This document shows positions 1-7,026 of a DNA stretch of 32,000 nt, piece by piece. Below the pieces are notes generated by a model. The model saw only the letters and a program-made list of their open reading frames with translations, was not told where the DNA came from and did no database searches. Numbering within the stretch: the stretch's first letter is position 1; every line of letters begins with the position of its first letter. Source of the stretch: Aquipuribacter hungaricus (lineage in GTDB: Bacteria; Actinomycetota; Actinomycetes; Actinomycetales; JBBAYJ01); the NCBI RefSeq assembly GCF_042663885.1, contig NZ_JBHSXV010000001.1. The stretch is one strand, 5' to 3'. Position numbers and translations under genes: made by a program.

Positions 1-1060
1 CGGCGACGTGCGCCGGGTCGGTGAGCGCCACGGCGAGCCCCATGGCGGTGGTGCCGGTGAAGAAGTCGCGGCCGGACACCCCGTCCAGGCCCTTGCCGGC
101 GGCGTGCACGGTGTTGACCCGGCCCGCCAGGTCGGCGGCGGTGGCGTCGAGGGAGGCCATGACGCCGGGCCAGGTGGACCGCAGGGCGACCAGCGTCGCG
201 CCGATCTTCCCGCCGGGGACGTCGATGCCCGTGCCGCCCTCGCCGGTGAGGCCGACGGTGCCGCCGGCCTGGACGCCGGCGACCGTGCCGGCCGACGTCG
301 GGGCGACGCCGAGCGCGGTGGCGCGCTCGCCGCGGACGACGGCGGTGCCGCCGACGAAGACGTCGAGCGTGCCCTGCTCGCCGGTGCGGACGGTGCCGCC
401 GGTGAGCTCGGACAGGCGCTGGACGAGCAGGTCGCGCTGGTCGAGCAGCTCGTTGGGGGCCGCACCGGAGGCGGAGGCGTCGCGGATGGTGCGGTTGAGG
501 TCGGCGACGGCGGCGGCCGTGCCGTTGACCTCCTGGACGAGCAGGTCGAGGCCCGCGCGGGAGTCGGTCCACGCCTGGGCGACGCCGGTGGCGACCTGGC
601 CGAGGGTGTCGGTGACGCCGGCACCGGCCTGGACGACCTGGGTGCGGGCCGCGGTGGACTCCGGGTTGTTGGTGAGGTCCTGGAAGGACTTCCACAGCTT
701 GGACAGCCGGTCGGCGAGGCCGGTGTCGCCGGGCTCGCCGAGGGCGACCTCGAGGCGGGCCCAGGCGGCCTTGTCCACCGACATGAACTCCGCGGTCGAG
801 CGCTCCTGGCGGACCCGGGCGGTGACGAGCTCGTCGGACACGCGCTGGACGTCGGTGGCCTGGACGCCGGTCCCCGGGCCGTCCCAGCGCGAGAACAGCG
901 CGGTGCCGGTCGAGGTCGGGTTGGTGGCCTCCAGGTTGACCCGCTGGCGGGAGTAGCCGGGGGTGTTGGCGTTGGCCACGTTCGCGCCGGTCGTGTCCAG
1001 GCCGTAGCGCTGGGCCACGATCCCGGACAGGGCGGTGGTCAGGCCGGAGAAGGTCGACAT
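1..1060 (-). CDS. flgK: Flagellar hook-associated protein 1 (FlgK), N-terminal about 353 codons; the 3' end lies outside the window
   Basis: Not in the ORF track because it runs off the left edge. Hand translation of the minus strand from ATG 1060 gives MSTFSGLTTALSGIVAQRYGLDTTGANVANANTPGYSRQRVNLEATNP...VSDELVTARVRQERS... This carries the conserved N-terminal ANxxTxGY motif of rod/hook-family proteins and continues like FlgK. GC3 is high in this frame. The ATG shares one base with the flgN stop (TGATG). Confidence 0.85.
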   Translation of the reverse strand, partial: MSTFSGLTTALSGIVAQRYGLDTTGANVANANTPGYSRQRVNLEATNPTSTGTALFSRWDGPGTGVQATDVQRVSDELVTARVRQERSTAEFMSVDKAAWARLEVALGEPGDTGLADRLSKLWKSFQDLTNNPESTAARTQVVQAGAGVTDTLGQVATGVAQAWTDSRAGLDLLVQEVNGTAAAVADLNRTIRDASASGAAPNELLDQRDLLVQRLSELTGGTVRTGEQGTLDVFVGGTAVVRGERATALGVAPTSAGTVAGVQAGGTVGLTGEGGTGIDVPGGKIGATLVALRSTWPGVMASLDATAADLAGRVNTVHAAGKGLDGVSGRDFFTGTTAMGLAVALTDPAHVA

Positions 1061-1545
1061 CAGAGTGCCTCGTCCACGAGTCGGCCGGCGCTCTGCCGGG
1101 GGAGGGATCGGTGGGCGTCGGGACCGTAGGTCGCGACGGGCTCCTCCACGCTGGCCAGGGCCTCGCTGAGCGAGACCATGCCCTCGTGGAGCAGGCGGCG
1201 GTTGGCCTGGGCGAGCTCGGTGATCTCCGCGGTGAGGGTGAGGAACGCCTCCCGGTGGCTCAGCAGCATCTCCGACCACGGCTCGGGGGCCGACCGGGCG
1301 ACCGCGGCCAGCGACGGACCGGGGCCGAGGCCCAGCTCCATGGCGACGACGTCGGTCTCCAGGGTGCGGACGCGCTCGGAGTCGCGGATCTGCTCCAGCA
1401 CGGCCTCGACCTCGCGGGTGGCGTGGGCCAGCCAGCGGGCACGGCCGGAGGACAGCACGAGCTGCTCCTCCTCGAGCTTGAACAGGAGCAGCTCGAGCAG
1501 CTCGCGCTCGCGCCACAGGATGCGGCAGAAGTCGGCGATGGCCAC
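1060..1545 (-). CDS. flgN: Flagellar export chaperone FlgN-family protein (161 aa)
   Basis: Last 161 codons of track ORF 1060..2016(-). I moved the start to GTG 1545, which is preceded by GGAGG (reverse complement of 1553..1557). The sequence VAIADFCRILWRERELLELLLFKLEEEQLVLSSGRARWLAHATREVEAVLEQIR... fits the helical FlgN family pattern. The gene lies directly upstream of flgK, and its stop overlaps the flgK start. Confidence 0.75.
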   Translation of the reverse strand: MAIADFCRILWRERELLELLLFKLEEEQLVLSSGRARWLAHATREVEAVLEQIRDSERVRTLETDVVAMELGLGPGPSLAAVARSAPEPWSEMLLSHREAFLTLTAEITELAQANRRLLHEGMVSLSEALASVEEPVATYGPDAHRSLPRQSAGRLVDEAL

Positions 1546-1618
1546 CGGAACACCTCCTGGGTGCCGGCGGGGGCCGGTCACCGTGCACGACGACGGGCGG
1601 TCCCGGCGTTCTCCCCCA

Positions 1619-1645
1619 CGTTCGGCCGGGGGCCTCCGCACCTGA
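1619..1645 (-). promoter_or_regulatory. Candidate sigma-28-type promoter for flgN-flgK: TCAG-N15-GCCGAACG (read on the minus strand)
   Basis: The reverse complement of 1619..1645 reads TCAG gtgcggaggcccccg GCCGAACG, about 65-75 nt upstream of flgN GTG 1545. It belongs to the 8-member motif family (see findings). Confidence 0.35.
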
Positions 1646-1674
1646 GGGAGCACCGTGCGCGGCGGGGTGCTCCC
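1646..1674. promoter_or_regulatory. Perfect 9-bp inverted repeat GGGAGCACC-N11-GGTGCTCCC in the divergent flgN/fliA control region
   Basis: 1646..1654 is the exact reverse complement of 1666..1674. The repeat abuts the -35 of the candidate flgN promoter and lies 47 nt upstream of the candidate fliA -35. Confidence 0.35.
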
Positions 1675-1720
1675 GGTGAGCGTCACCCGGTCGGAGCAGC
1701 GTCTCGGGGCCCTCCGGACC

Positions 1721-1748
1721 TCAAGGCCCCCCGCAGGCGGGACGAGTA
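1721..1748 (+). promoter_or_regulatory. Candidate sigma-28-like promoter for fliA: TCAA-N16-GACGAGTA
   Basis: ccTCAAggccccccgcaggcggGACGAGTA. It ends 7 nt before GTG 1756. The -10 half deviates from the family (GAC in place of GCC). Confidence 0.25.
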
Positions 1749-1749
1749 G

Positions 1750-2691
1750 GTGGGCGTGCAGAACCTGCTGAGCCCCTTCGCCGCCCGGGACGCCAACCGT
1801 CCCCGCGGCGCCCGTCCCCACGCGGGACGAGCCGACGCCGCCGTCGACGCCCTCGTCCTGGCGAACCTGCCCCTGGTCGGCCACTGCGTGGGCGAGCTGG
1901 TCGGGCGGCTGCCCGGCCACGTCGACCGTGACGACCTGGCCGGCGCCGGCGTCGAGGGCCTGCTGCAGGCCGCCCGCTCGTGGCGCGAGGAGACCGGCGT
2001 CCCGTTCTCCGCCCACGCCCGCACCCGGATCCGCGGCGCCATCGTCGACGAGCTGCGCGGCGCCGACTGGGCCTCGCGCGGGGCCCGTTCACGTGCCCGC
2101 CAGGCCGCCGAGACCACCGAGCGCCTCACCACCGCGCTGGGCCGGGTGCCCAGCACCGACGAGGTGGCCGACGCCATGGGTGTCGCCCCCGACCAGGTGC
2201 ACAAGGTCAGGGCCGAGACGCACCGCACCTACCTCAGCAGCCTGGAGGAGGCGCGCAGCGGGGCCGACGGCACCGGCACCGTCGCGGACTCCGTCCGGGA
2301 CCCGGGCCTGTCGCCGGAGGACCACGTCGTCCTCGCCGAGCACCTCGGCCGGCTGCGCCGGGCCGTGGACCTGCTGCCGGAGCGCGTCCGGGAGGCCGTG
2401 CGCGGCCACTACCTGGAGGAGGAGCCCATGGCCGCCATCGCGGCGCGCCTGGGCGTCACCGAGTCCCGCGTCTCCCAGCTGCGCGCCGAGGGCGTGGCCC
2501 TGCTGCGCGACGTGCTGTCCGAGCCGGACGACGCCGCCGTGCCCGCCCCCCGCCGGCCCAGCCGGCGCGACGCCGCCTACGCCGCCGCGGTCGCCGCGGC
2601 GGCGGACTCCCGCACGTCCATCGGGGTCGGCGCCGCCGTCCTCGGTGGCTTCGCCCGGGGCTCGTACGCCCAGGCTGCTCCGACCGGGTGA
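1750..2691 (+). CDS. fliA: Flagellar sigma factor of the FliA/WhiG (sigma-28) family, with a C-terminal extension of about 55 aa
   Basis: Track ORF. Region 2: LPLVGHCVGEL...DDLAGAGVEGLLQAARSW...FSAHARTRIRGAIVDELRGADWASR. Region 4 helix-turn-helix: MAAIAARLGVTESRVSQLRAEGVALLRDVL. The start is GTG 1750 or GTG 1756; 1756 fits a leaderless model (see findings). Confidence 0.85.
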   Translation: MGVQNLLSPFAARDANRPRGARPHAGRADAAVDALVLANLPLVGHCVGELVGRLPGHVDRDDLAGAGVEGLLQAARSWREETGVPFSAHARTRIRGAIVDELRGADWASRGARSRARQAAETTERLTTALGRVPSTDEVADAMGVAPDQVHKVRAETHRTYLSSLEEARSGADGTGTVADSVRDPGLSPEDHVVLAEHLGRLRRAVDLLPERVREAVRGHYLEEEPMAAIAARLGVTESRVSQLRAEGVALLRDVLSEPDDAAVPAPRRPSRRDAAYAAAVAAAADSRTSIGVGAAVLGGFARGSYAQAAPTG

Positions 2692-2696
2692 CGGGG

Positions 2697-2718
2697 GCGC
2701 CGGGGACCGTCCCGGCGC
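2697..2718 (+). terminator. GC-rich hairpin just after the fliA stop (8-bp stem GCGCCGGG/CCCGGCGC, 6-nt loop)
   Basis: It starts 6 nt after the fliA TGA and ends 1 nt before the -35 of the candidate fliC promoter. There is no U-tract. Confidence 0.35.
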
Positions 2719-2745
2719 TCAGGTCACCCCCCGCACCGCCGATCA
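2719..2745 (+). promoter_or_regulatory. Candidate sigma-28-type promoter for fliC: TCAG-N15-GCCGATCA
   Basis: gcTCAGgtcaccccccgcaccGCCGATCA. The -10 half matches GCCGAT of the canonical GCCGATAA with canonical 15-nt spacing. It lies about 50 nt upstream of the fliC ATG. Confidence 0.55.
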
Positions 2746-2754
2746 CCACCACGG

Positions 2755-2788
2755 CCACGGAAGGCCACACCACAACCCTCACGGAGGA
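2755..2788 (+). promoter_or_regulatory. Two candidate CsrA (GGA) sites in the fliC leader: CCACGGAAGG and TCACGGAGGA, the second overlapping the Shine-Dalgarno sequence
   Basis: CACGGA occurs at 2756..2761 and 2780..2785, 24 nt apart. The second is part of GGAGGA, 9 nt upstream of the ATG. csrA is encoded in the same cluster. Confidence 0.4.
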
Positions 2789-2796
2789 AACAGATC

Positions 2797-3639
2797 ATGG
2801 GTCTTCAGATCAACAACAACATCGCGGCGTTCAACTCCTACCGCAACCTGTCCGTCAACCAGGGCCAGATGGAGAAGTCGCTGGAGAAGCTGTCCAGCGG
2901 GTTCCGCATCAACCGCGCTGCGGACGACGCGGCCGGCCTGGCCATCTCCGAGGGCCTGCGCTCGCAGGTCGGTGGCCTCAAGCAGGCCGTCCGCAACGCC
3001 CAGGACGGCATCTCCGTCGTCCAGACCGCGGAAGGCGCCCTCACCGAGGTCCACGCCATCCTGCAGCGCGTCCGCGACCTGACCGTCCAGGCCAGCAACA
3101 CCGGCTCGGTCAACGAGGAGGCCCGCGGCTACATCGGCACCGAGATCACGCAGCTGAGCGAGGCCCTCACGGACATCGCCAGCCGCACCGAGTTCAACGG
3201 CACCAAGCTGCTCAACACGGCGGCCGCTGCCACCCCGCTGGTCTTCCAGACCGGCTCCAACGAGGGCGAGACCGTGTCGGTCACCCTCACCGACGTGTCC
3301 GCGGTCGCCACCGCGGTCGCCACCGTCGGCACCAACGTCGCCGCTGCCGGGTACGACCCCACCGCGGCGACCGACCTGTCGGCCCTCGACACGCAGATCT
3401 CCACCGTGTCCGAGGCCCGCGCCACCCTCGGTGCCTCGCAGAACCGCTTCGAGTCCACCATCAAGTCGCTCAACGTCGCGGTCGAGAACCTGTCCGCGTC
3501 CGAGAGCCGCATCCGCGACACCGACATGGCCCTCGAGATGGTCAACTTCTCGAAGAACCAGATCCTGTCGCAGGCCGGCACCGCGATGCTCGCGCAGGCC
3601 AAGGACGCCCCCCAGGGTGTCCTGCAGCTCCTCCGCTGA
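2797..3639 (+). CDS. fliC: Flagellin (280 aa)
   Basis: MGLQINNNIAAFNSYRNLSVNQGQMEKSLEKLSSGFRINRAADDAAGLAISEGLRSQ...QNRFESTIKSLNVAVENLSASESRIRDTDMALEMVNFSKNQILSQAGTAMLAQAKDAPQGVLQLLR matches the conserved flagellin N- and C-terminal domains. GGAGGA at 2783..2788 precedes the ATG. Confidence 0.97.
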   Translation: MGLQINNNIAAFNSYRNLSVNQGQMEKSLEKLSSGFRINRAADDAAGLAISEGLRSQVGGLKQAVRNAQDGISVVQTAEGALTEVHAILQRVRDLTVQASNTGSVNEEARGYIGTEITQLSEALTDIASRTEFNGTKLLNTAAAATPLVFQTGSNEGETVSVTLTDVSAVATAVATVGTNVAAAGYDPTAATDLSALDTQISTVSEARATLGASQNRFESTIKSLNVAVENLSASESRIRDTDMALEMVNFSKNQILSQAGTAMLAQAKDAPQGVLQLLR

Positions 3640-3675
3640 TCCCGGTAGACCACCGGTAGCAGCACCTGCACCTCC

Positions 3676-3711
3676 GGCCGCCGGGAACTCGCACCAGGGT
3701 TCCCGGCGGTC
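3676..3711 (+). terminator. Hairpin downstream of fliC (11-bp perfect stem CCGCCGGGAAC/GTTCCCGGCGG, 10-nt loop; extendable by G-U and G-C pairs)
   Basis: 3678..3688 pairs with 3699..3709. It lies 37 nt after the fliC stop. There is no clear U-tract. Confidence 0.5.
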
Positions 3712-3741
3712 GGCGTAGGTGCCCCCGCGCCCCACGGCGCT

Positions 3742-3765
3742 CCCGCACGCCCGCACGCCCGCACG
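3742..3765 (+). repeat. 3 x 8-bp perfect tandem repeat (CCCGCACG) upstream of fliD
   Basis: Copies at 3742..3749, 3750..3757 and 3758..3765, followed by a partial copy (GCACG). Confidence 0.9.
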
Positions 3766-3812
3766 GCACGTCCCAGCCACCCCACCTGCACGTCAGCGAG
3801 AGGAGCCCGACC

Positions 3813-5168
3813 ATGAGCATGTCCAGCGTCGACGGCCTGGTCAGCGGTCTCAAGACGGGCGACGTCATCAAGCAGCTCATGCAGGTGGAGGCGATCCCCA
3901 AGCAGCGGCTGCAGGTCCAGGCCAACCGCCAGGCCGCGGACATCAAGGCCTACCAGTCCGTGGCGACGGCGCTGAAGAAGCTCGACGACGCCGCGAGCGC
4001 CCTGGCCAACCCCACGACGTGGACGGGCGTCACCGCCACCACCTCCGGCACGTCGCTCACCGCGACCGCCCGCGCCGGGGCCCCGCCCGGCACCACCGAC
4101 ATCACCGTCACCTCCCTCGCCAGCGCCGCCCGCTGGTCGGCCACGGCCGTGGGGGGCAGGACCCTCGACGACGCCACGGCGTTCAGCGGCGACCCCGTGA
4201 CCATCACCCGGGCCGACGGGACGTCCACGACCGTGGACCCCGCCTCGGGCTCGATGCGCGACGTCATGGCCGCGATCAACGGCGGCCCCGACCTCGGCGT
4301 CCGGGCCGTCGCCGTCCGCGTGGACGCCGAGCGGTTCGAGCTCCAGCTCGTCGCCTCCGGGACCGGGACGGTCGCCGGCGGCGCGACGGTCACGGGCCTG
4401 GGCGCCCTGACGAAGAAGGACGCCACCGACGCCCGGTGGACCGTCAACGGGGTCAGCGGCAGCTCGAGCACCAACGCCGTCACCGACCTGGTCTCCGGCA
4501 TCGACGTCACGCTCACGCAGGTGGGCGCCTCCTCGGTCACGGTCGCCAAGGACACCGCGGCCCCCGCCAAGTCCGTCGAGGCCCTGGTGACGGCCCTCAA
4601 CGACGCGCTGGCGGAGGTCAAGAAGCAGACGCTGACCGACCCGAACGCCACGACGCGCGGGCCGCTGTCGTCGGACTCGATGGTCCGCAACCTCACCGGG
4701 CGGCTGCTGCGCTCGGTCACCGACCTGGTCGGCAGCGCCGGCGCCGCCGCCCTGGGGATCCAGTCCACCCGCGAGGGCACCATCACCCTCGACACGACCA
4801 AGCTGGCGGCCGGCATCAGCGCCGACCCCGCGGCGGCCCGGGCGGTCTTCGCCCCGCAGCAGCCGACCGCCGCCGAGAAGGCCGCCGGGAAGCCCGAGCC
4901 CGTCCCCGGCATCGCCGACCGCCTCCGCGCGGTCGTGAAGTCGGCCACCGACGGCGGCACCGGCTTCATCACCTCGGCCGTCCAGGGTCGCGAGACCACC
5001 AAGCGTGACCTCGAGACGCAGATCGTGTCCTGGGAGCGGCGGCTCGAGCTGCGCCAGTCGACGCTGCAGAAGCAGTTCTCCGGCCTGGAGGTCGCGCTGT
5101 CGAAGATCCAGGCGCAGGGCGGCTGGCTGTCCGCCCAGCTCGCGCAGATGTCGGGCGGCAACCGGTGA
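3813..5168 (+). CDS. fliD: Flagellar filament cap protein FliD (hook-associated protein 2)
   Basis: The N-terminus MSMSSVDGLVSGLKTGDVIKQLMQVEAIPKQRLQVQANRQAADIKAYQSV and the C-terminus ...LRQSTLQKQFSGLEVALSKIQAQGGWLSAQLAQM are typical of FliD. GAGAGGAG lies upstream. The position after fliC supports the call. Confidence 0.9.
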   Translation: MSMSSVDGLVSGLKTGDVIKQLMQVEAIPKQRLQVQANRQAADIKAYQSVATALKKLDDAASALANPTTWTGVTATTSGTSLTATARAGAPPGTTDITVTSLASAARWSATAVGGRTLDDATAFSGDPVTITRADGTSTTVDPASGSMRDVMAAINGGPDLGVRAVAVRVDAERFELQLVASGTGTVAGGATVTGLGALTKKDATDARWTVNGVSGSSSTNAVTDLVSGIDVTLTQVGASSVTVAKDTAAPAKSVEALVTALNDALAEVKKQTLTDPNATTRGPLSSDSMVRNLTGRLLRSVTDLVGSAGAAALGIQSTREGTITLDTTKLAAGISADPAAARAVFAPQQPTAAEKAAGKPEPVPGIADRLRAVVKSATDGGTGFITSAVQGRETTKRDLETQIVSWERRLELRQSTLQKQFSGLEVALSKIQAQGGWLSAQLAQMSGGNR

Positions 5169-5650
5169 GCGCCGCGACGTTCGGGTTCGCCACCGCGCGG
5201 CCCACCACCTCCGCCGCCCGCAACCGCTTCGCCACGCAGTCGCTGGAGACGGCCACGCCGGCCCAGCTGCTCGTCAGGCTCTACGAGCGGCTCCAGCTGG
5301 ACATCGCCCGCGCCGAGGCTGAGCAGCGCGCCGGCCGGCACACCGCGGCGTCGGAGCAGCTCGTCCACGCCCAGGCCATCGTGTCCGAGCTCATGAGCAT
5401 GCTCGACGTCGACGCCTGGTCCGGTGCCCCGCAGCTGCTGAGCATCTACACGTTCCTGTTCTCCGAGCTCGTCGCGGCGAACCTGTCCCACGACCCGGCG
5501 AAGACCTCCTCGTGCGGGCGCATCGTCGCGCCGCTGGCCGACGCGTGGCGCCAGGCCGCCACCGGGGGGACCACCCCGGTCGCCGCGGCCACGCCGGTCG
5601 GGTCCCTCGGCACCGACGTGCCCGCCCCCCGCGCCTCGTTCGTCGGCTGA
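5165..5650 (+). CDS. fliS: Flagellin-specific chaperone FliS
   Basis: ...TATPAQLLVRLYERLQLDIARAE...EQLVHAQAIVSELMSMLD...LLSIYTFLFSELVAANLSHD fits the FliS four-helix pattern. The GTG start overlaps the fliD stop (GTGA). Confidence 0.85.
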   Translation: MSAATFGFATARPTTSAARNRFATQSLETATPAQLLVRLYERLQLDIARAEAEQRAGRHTAASEQLVHAQAIVSELMSMLDVDAWSGAPQLLSIYTFLFSELVAANLSHDPAKTSSCGRIVAPLADAWRQAATGGTTPVAAATPVGSLGTDVPAPRASFVG

Positions 5651-5664
5651 GCGGGGGTGACGTC

Positions 5665-6078
5665 GTGGGCCTCGTGACCGGGCCGGCCGTGGCCGCGCCG
5701 ACCGTCCCCGCCCAGGGCGGGTCCCGCGACGACTTCTCCGCCGCGTGGGTGCAGGCCCTGGACGAGCTCGAGCTCGAGGTGGACCGCGCCGAGCTCCTGC
5801 TGTCCGCCGAGCACGCCCGCACCTCCGGCACGACGGTCAGGCCGGCGGGCACCGTCGCCGCCGGGCCGGGCACCGCCGCGGGCCCGTGGGTGCCGCCGCA
5901 GCTGCGGACGCCGCTGCCGGACACCCTGCGCGAGCGCGCCGAGCGCCTGCTCGAGCGCCAGCTGCTGGTCACCGGCCGGCTGGCCGCCGCGATGACGAGC
6001 TCGCGCCGGCACATGGACGTCGTCGAGCGGCTGGTCCCCAGCGACCCGCGCCCGATGTACGTCGACCAGGCGCTCTAG
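5665..6078 (+). CDS. Hypothetical protein (137 aa) in the position that fliT occupies in enterobacterial fliDST operons
   Basis: Part of track ORF 5512..6078. I chose the first in-frame GTG after the fliS stop (5665), which is preceded by a GGGGG run. GC3 is high. Helical-looking segments: DDFSAAWVQALDELELEVDRAELLL and LRERAERLLERQLLVTGRLAAAM. I recognise no family signature. Confidence 0.5.
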   Translation: MGLVTGPAVAAPTVPAQGGSRDDFSAAWVQALDELELEVDRAELLLSAEHARTSGTTVRPAGTVAAGPGTAAGPWVPPQLRTPLPDTLRERAERLLERQLLVTGRLAAAMTSSRRHMDVVERLVPSDPRPMYVDQAL

Positions 6079-6101
6079 GACCCGCTGCGCCACGCCGAGA
6101 T
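6074..6101 (+). promoter_or_regulatory. Candidate sigma-28-like promoter for the flgB operon: TCTA-N16-GCCGAGAT
   Basis: gcTCTAggacccgctgcgccacGCCGAGAT. It overlaps the stop codon of the upstream ORF and is followed by GTGAC-cggc-GTCAC (6102..6115). The -35 half deviates from the family (TCTA). Confidence 0.25.
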
Positions 6102-6188
6102 GTGACCGGCGTCACCCGTCCGGCCCATTCACTCCCGGGCCGCCCGGGACGAACAGACCTCCAGAGCACGGACCGCTCGCACCCCAGG

Positions 6189-6195
6189 CCACGGA
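6189..6195 (+). promoter_or_regulatory. CCACGGA copy in the flgB leader
   Basis: ggCCACGGAtcgg, 62 nt upstream of flgB GTG 6257. Confidence 0.2.
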
Positions 6196-6256
6196 TCGGC
6201 CGCCCCTGTACCGCCCCCGCACCGCGGGGACGGCGACCTCAGGAGACCGAACCGTC

Positions 6257-6619
6257 GTGACCGCACACGTGTCCGTGGCAGGAGCCGCCTCCGTCACCGG
6301 GGCCGCACTCCTCAGCGCCGTCTCTGGCCTGGGCGCCCGCAACCGCGCCATCGCCGACAACATCTCGAACATCCAGACCCCGGGCTTCCAGAGCCGGCGC
6401 GTCGCCTTCGAGGACGCGGTCGCCGACGCCGCCGGCAAGGGCCGCCGCGGCCTGACGGAGAGCACCTCGTCGCTGTCCCTGGAGCCCACCCGGCTCGACG
6501 GCAACAACGTCAACCTCGACACCGAGACGCTGCAGTCCATCGACACCGGCCTGCGCTACCAGCTGGCGCTGCGCGCGGTCGACGACCGCTTCGGCATGGT
6601 CCGGGCGGCGATCCGCTGA
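6257..6619 (+). CDS. flgB: Flagellar proximal rod protein FlgB
   Basis: ...LGARNRAIADNISNIQTPGFQSRRVAFED...LDGNNVNLDTETLQSIDTGLRYQLALRAV matches FlgB motifs. CAGGAGA lies upstream of GTG 6257. Confidence 0.9.
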   Translation: MTAHVSVAGAASVTGAALLSAVSGLGARNRAIADNISNIQTPGFQSRRVAFEDAVADAAGKGRRGLTESTSSLSLEPTRLDGNNVNLDTETLQSIDTGLRYQLALRAVDDRFGMVRAAIR

Positions 6620-7026
6620 TGACCACCTTCCCCGTCTTCGGCGTGGCCGGCTCCGGCGTGGCCGTCTACCGCAAGTGGCTCGACGCGGTCAGCGACAACA
6701 TCGCGAACATCAACACCGTCACCAGGACCGACGAGGACGCCTTCCAGGCGCGCTACGTCTCGGCCCGCGCGACGCAGCTCGAGCCGGGCATCGGCGGCGT
6801 CACCGTCGCCGGCATCGAGCTCGGCAGCGCCGAGGGCCGCATGGTCTACCAGCCCGACCACCCCCTCGCCGACGAGGGGGGCTACGTCCGCATGCCTGAC
6901 ATCGACCTCGGGAGCCAGATGGCCCAGCTCATGATGGCCCAGCGCGGCTACCAGGCGAACCTCGCCGTGGTGGACCGTGCCCGCGACGCCTACAGCGCCG
7001 CCATCCAGGTCGGACGCAACCAGTGA
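6619..7026 (+). CDS. flgC: Flagellar proximal rod protein FlgC
   Basis: ...[27 protein letters not shown]...[46 protein letters not shown] is typical of FlgC. The ATG overlaps the flgB stop. Confidence 0.92.
   Translation: MTTFPVFGVAGSGVAVYRKWLDAVSDNIANINTVTRTDEDAFQARYVSARATQLEPGIGGVTVAGIELGSAEGRMVYQPDHPLADEGGYVRMPDIDLGSQMAQLMMAQRGYQANLAVVDRARDAYSAAIQVGRNQ

Noticed and set aside
8-1129. Track ORFs 8..1129(+) (373 aa) and 21..956(+) (311 aa)
   Set aside because: They are antisense or out of frame to a clear flgK reading frame on the minus strand. The products are Gly/Ala/Arg/Pro low-complexity sequence with no recognisable motif, which is typical of spurious open frames in very GC-rich DNA.
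1546-2016. The 5' extension of track ORF 1060..2016(-), 157 extra codons upstream of the FlgN core
   Set aside because: The extension runs through the divergent promoter region and into fliA on the opposite strand, and its sequence is Arg/Pro/Gly-rich and featureless. GTG 1545, which has a GGAGG 8 nt upstream, gives a FlgN of normal size.
6102-6149. Small palindromes in the flgB leader (GTGAC-cggc-GTCAC at 6102..6115; TCCCGGG-ccg-CCCGGGA at 6133..6149; CCCCGC-acc-GCGGGG at about 6215..6229)
   Set aside because: The stems are short (5-7 bp) with 3-4-nt loops, which is common by chance in DNA this GC-rich. I cannot tell them apart from background without folding statistics. The first is mentioned only as context for the flgB promoter candidate.
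6193-6201. GGCCGATCC on the minus strand in the flgB leader (a possible antisense sigma-28 -10 element)
   Set aside because: There is no TCA-type -35 at 15-16 nt on that strand, and no gene in that direction. On the plus strand the same bases are part of the CCACGGATCGG motif.
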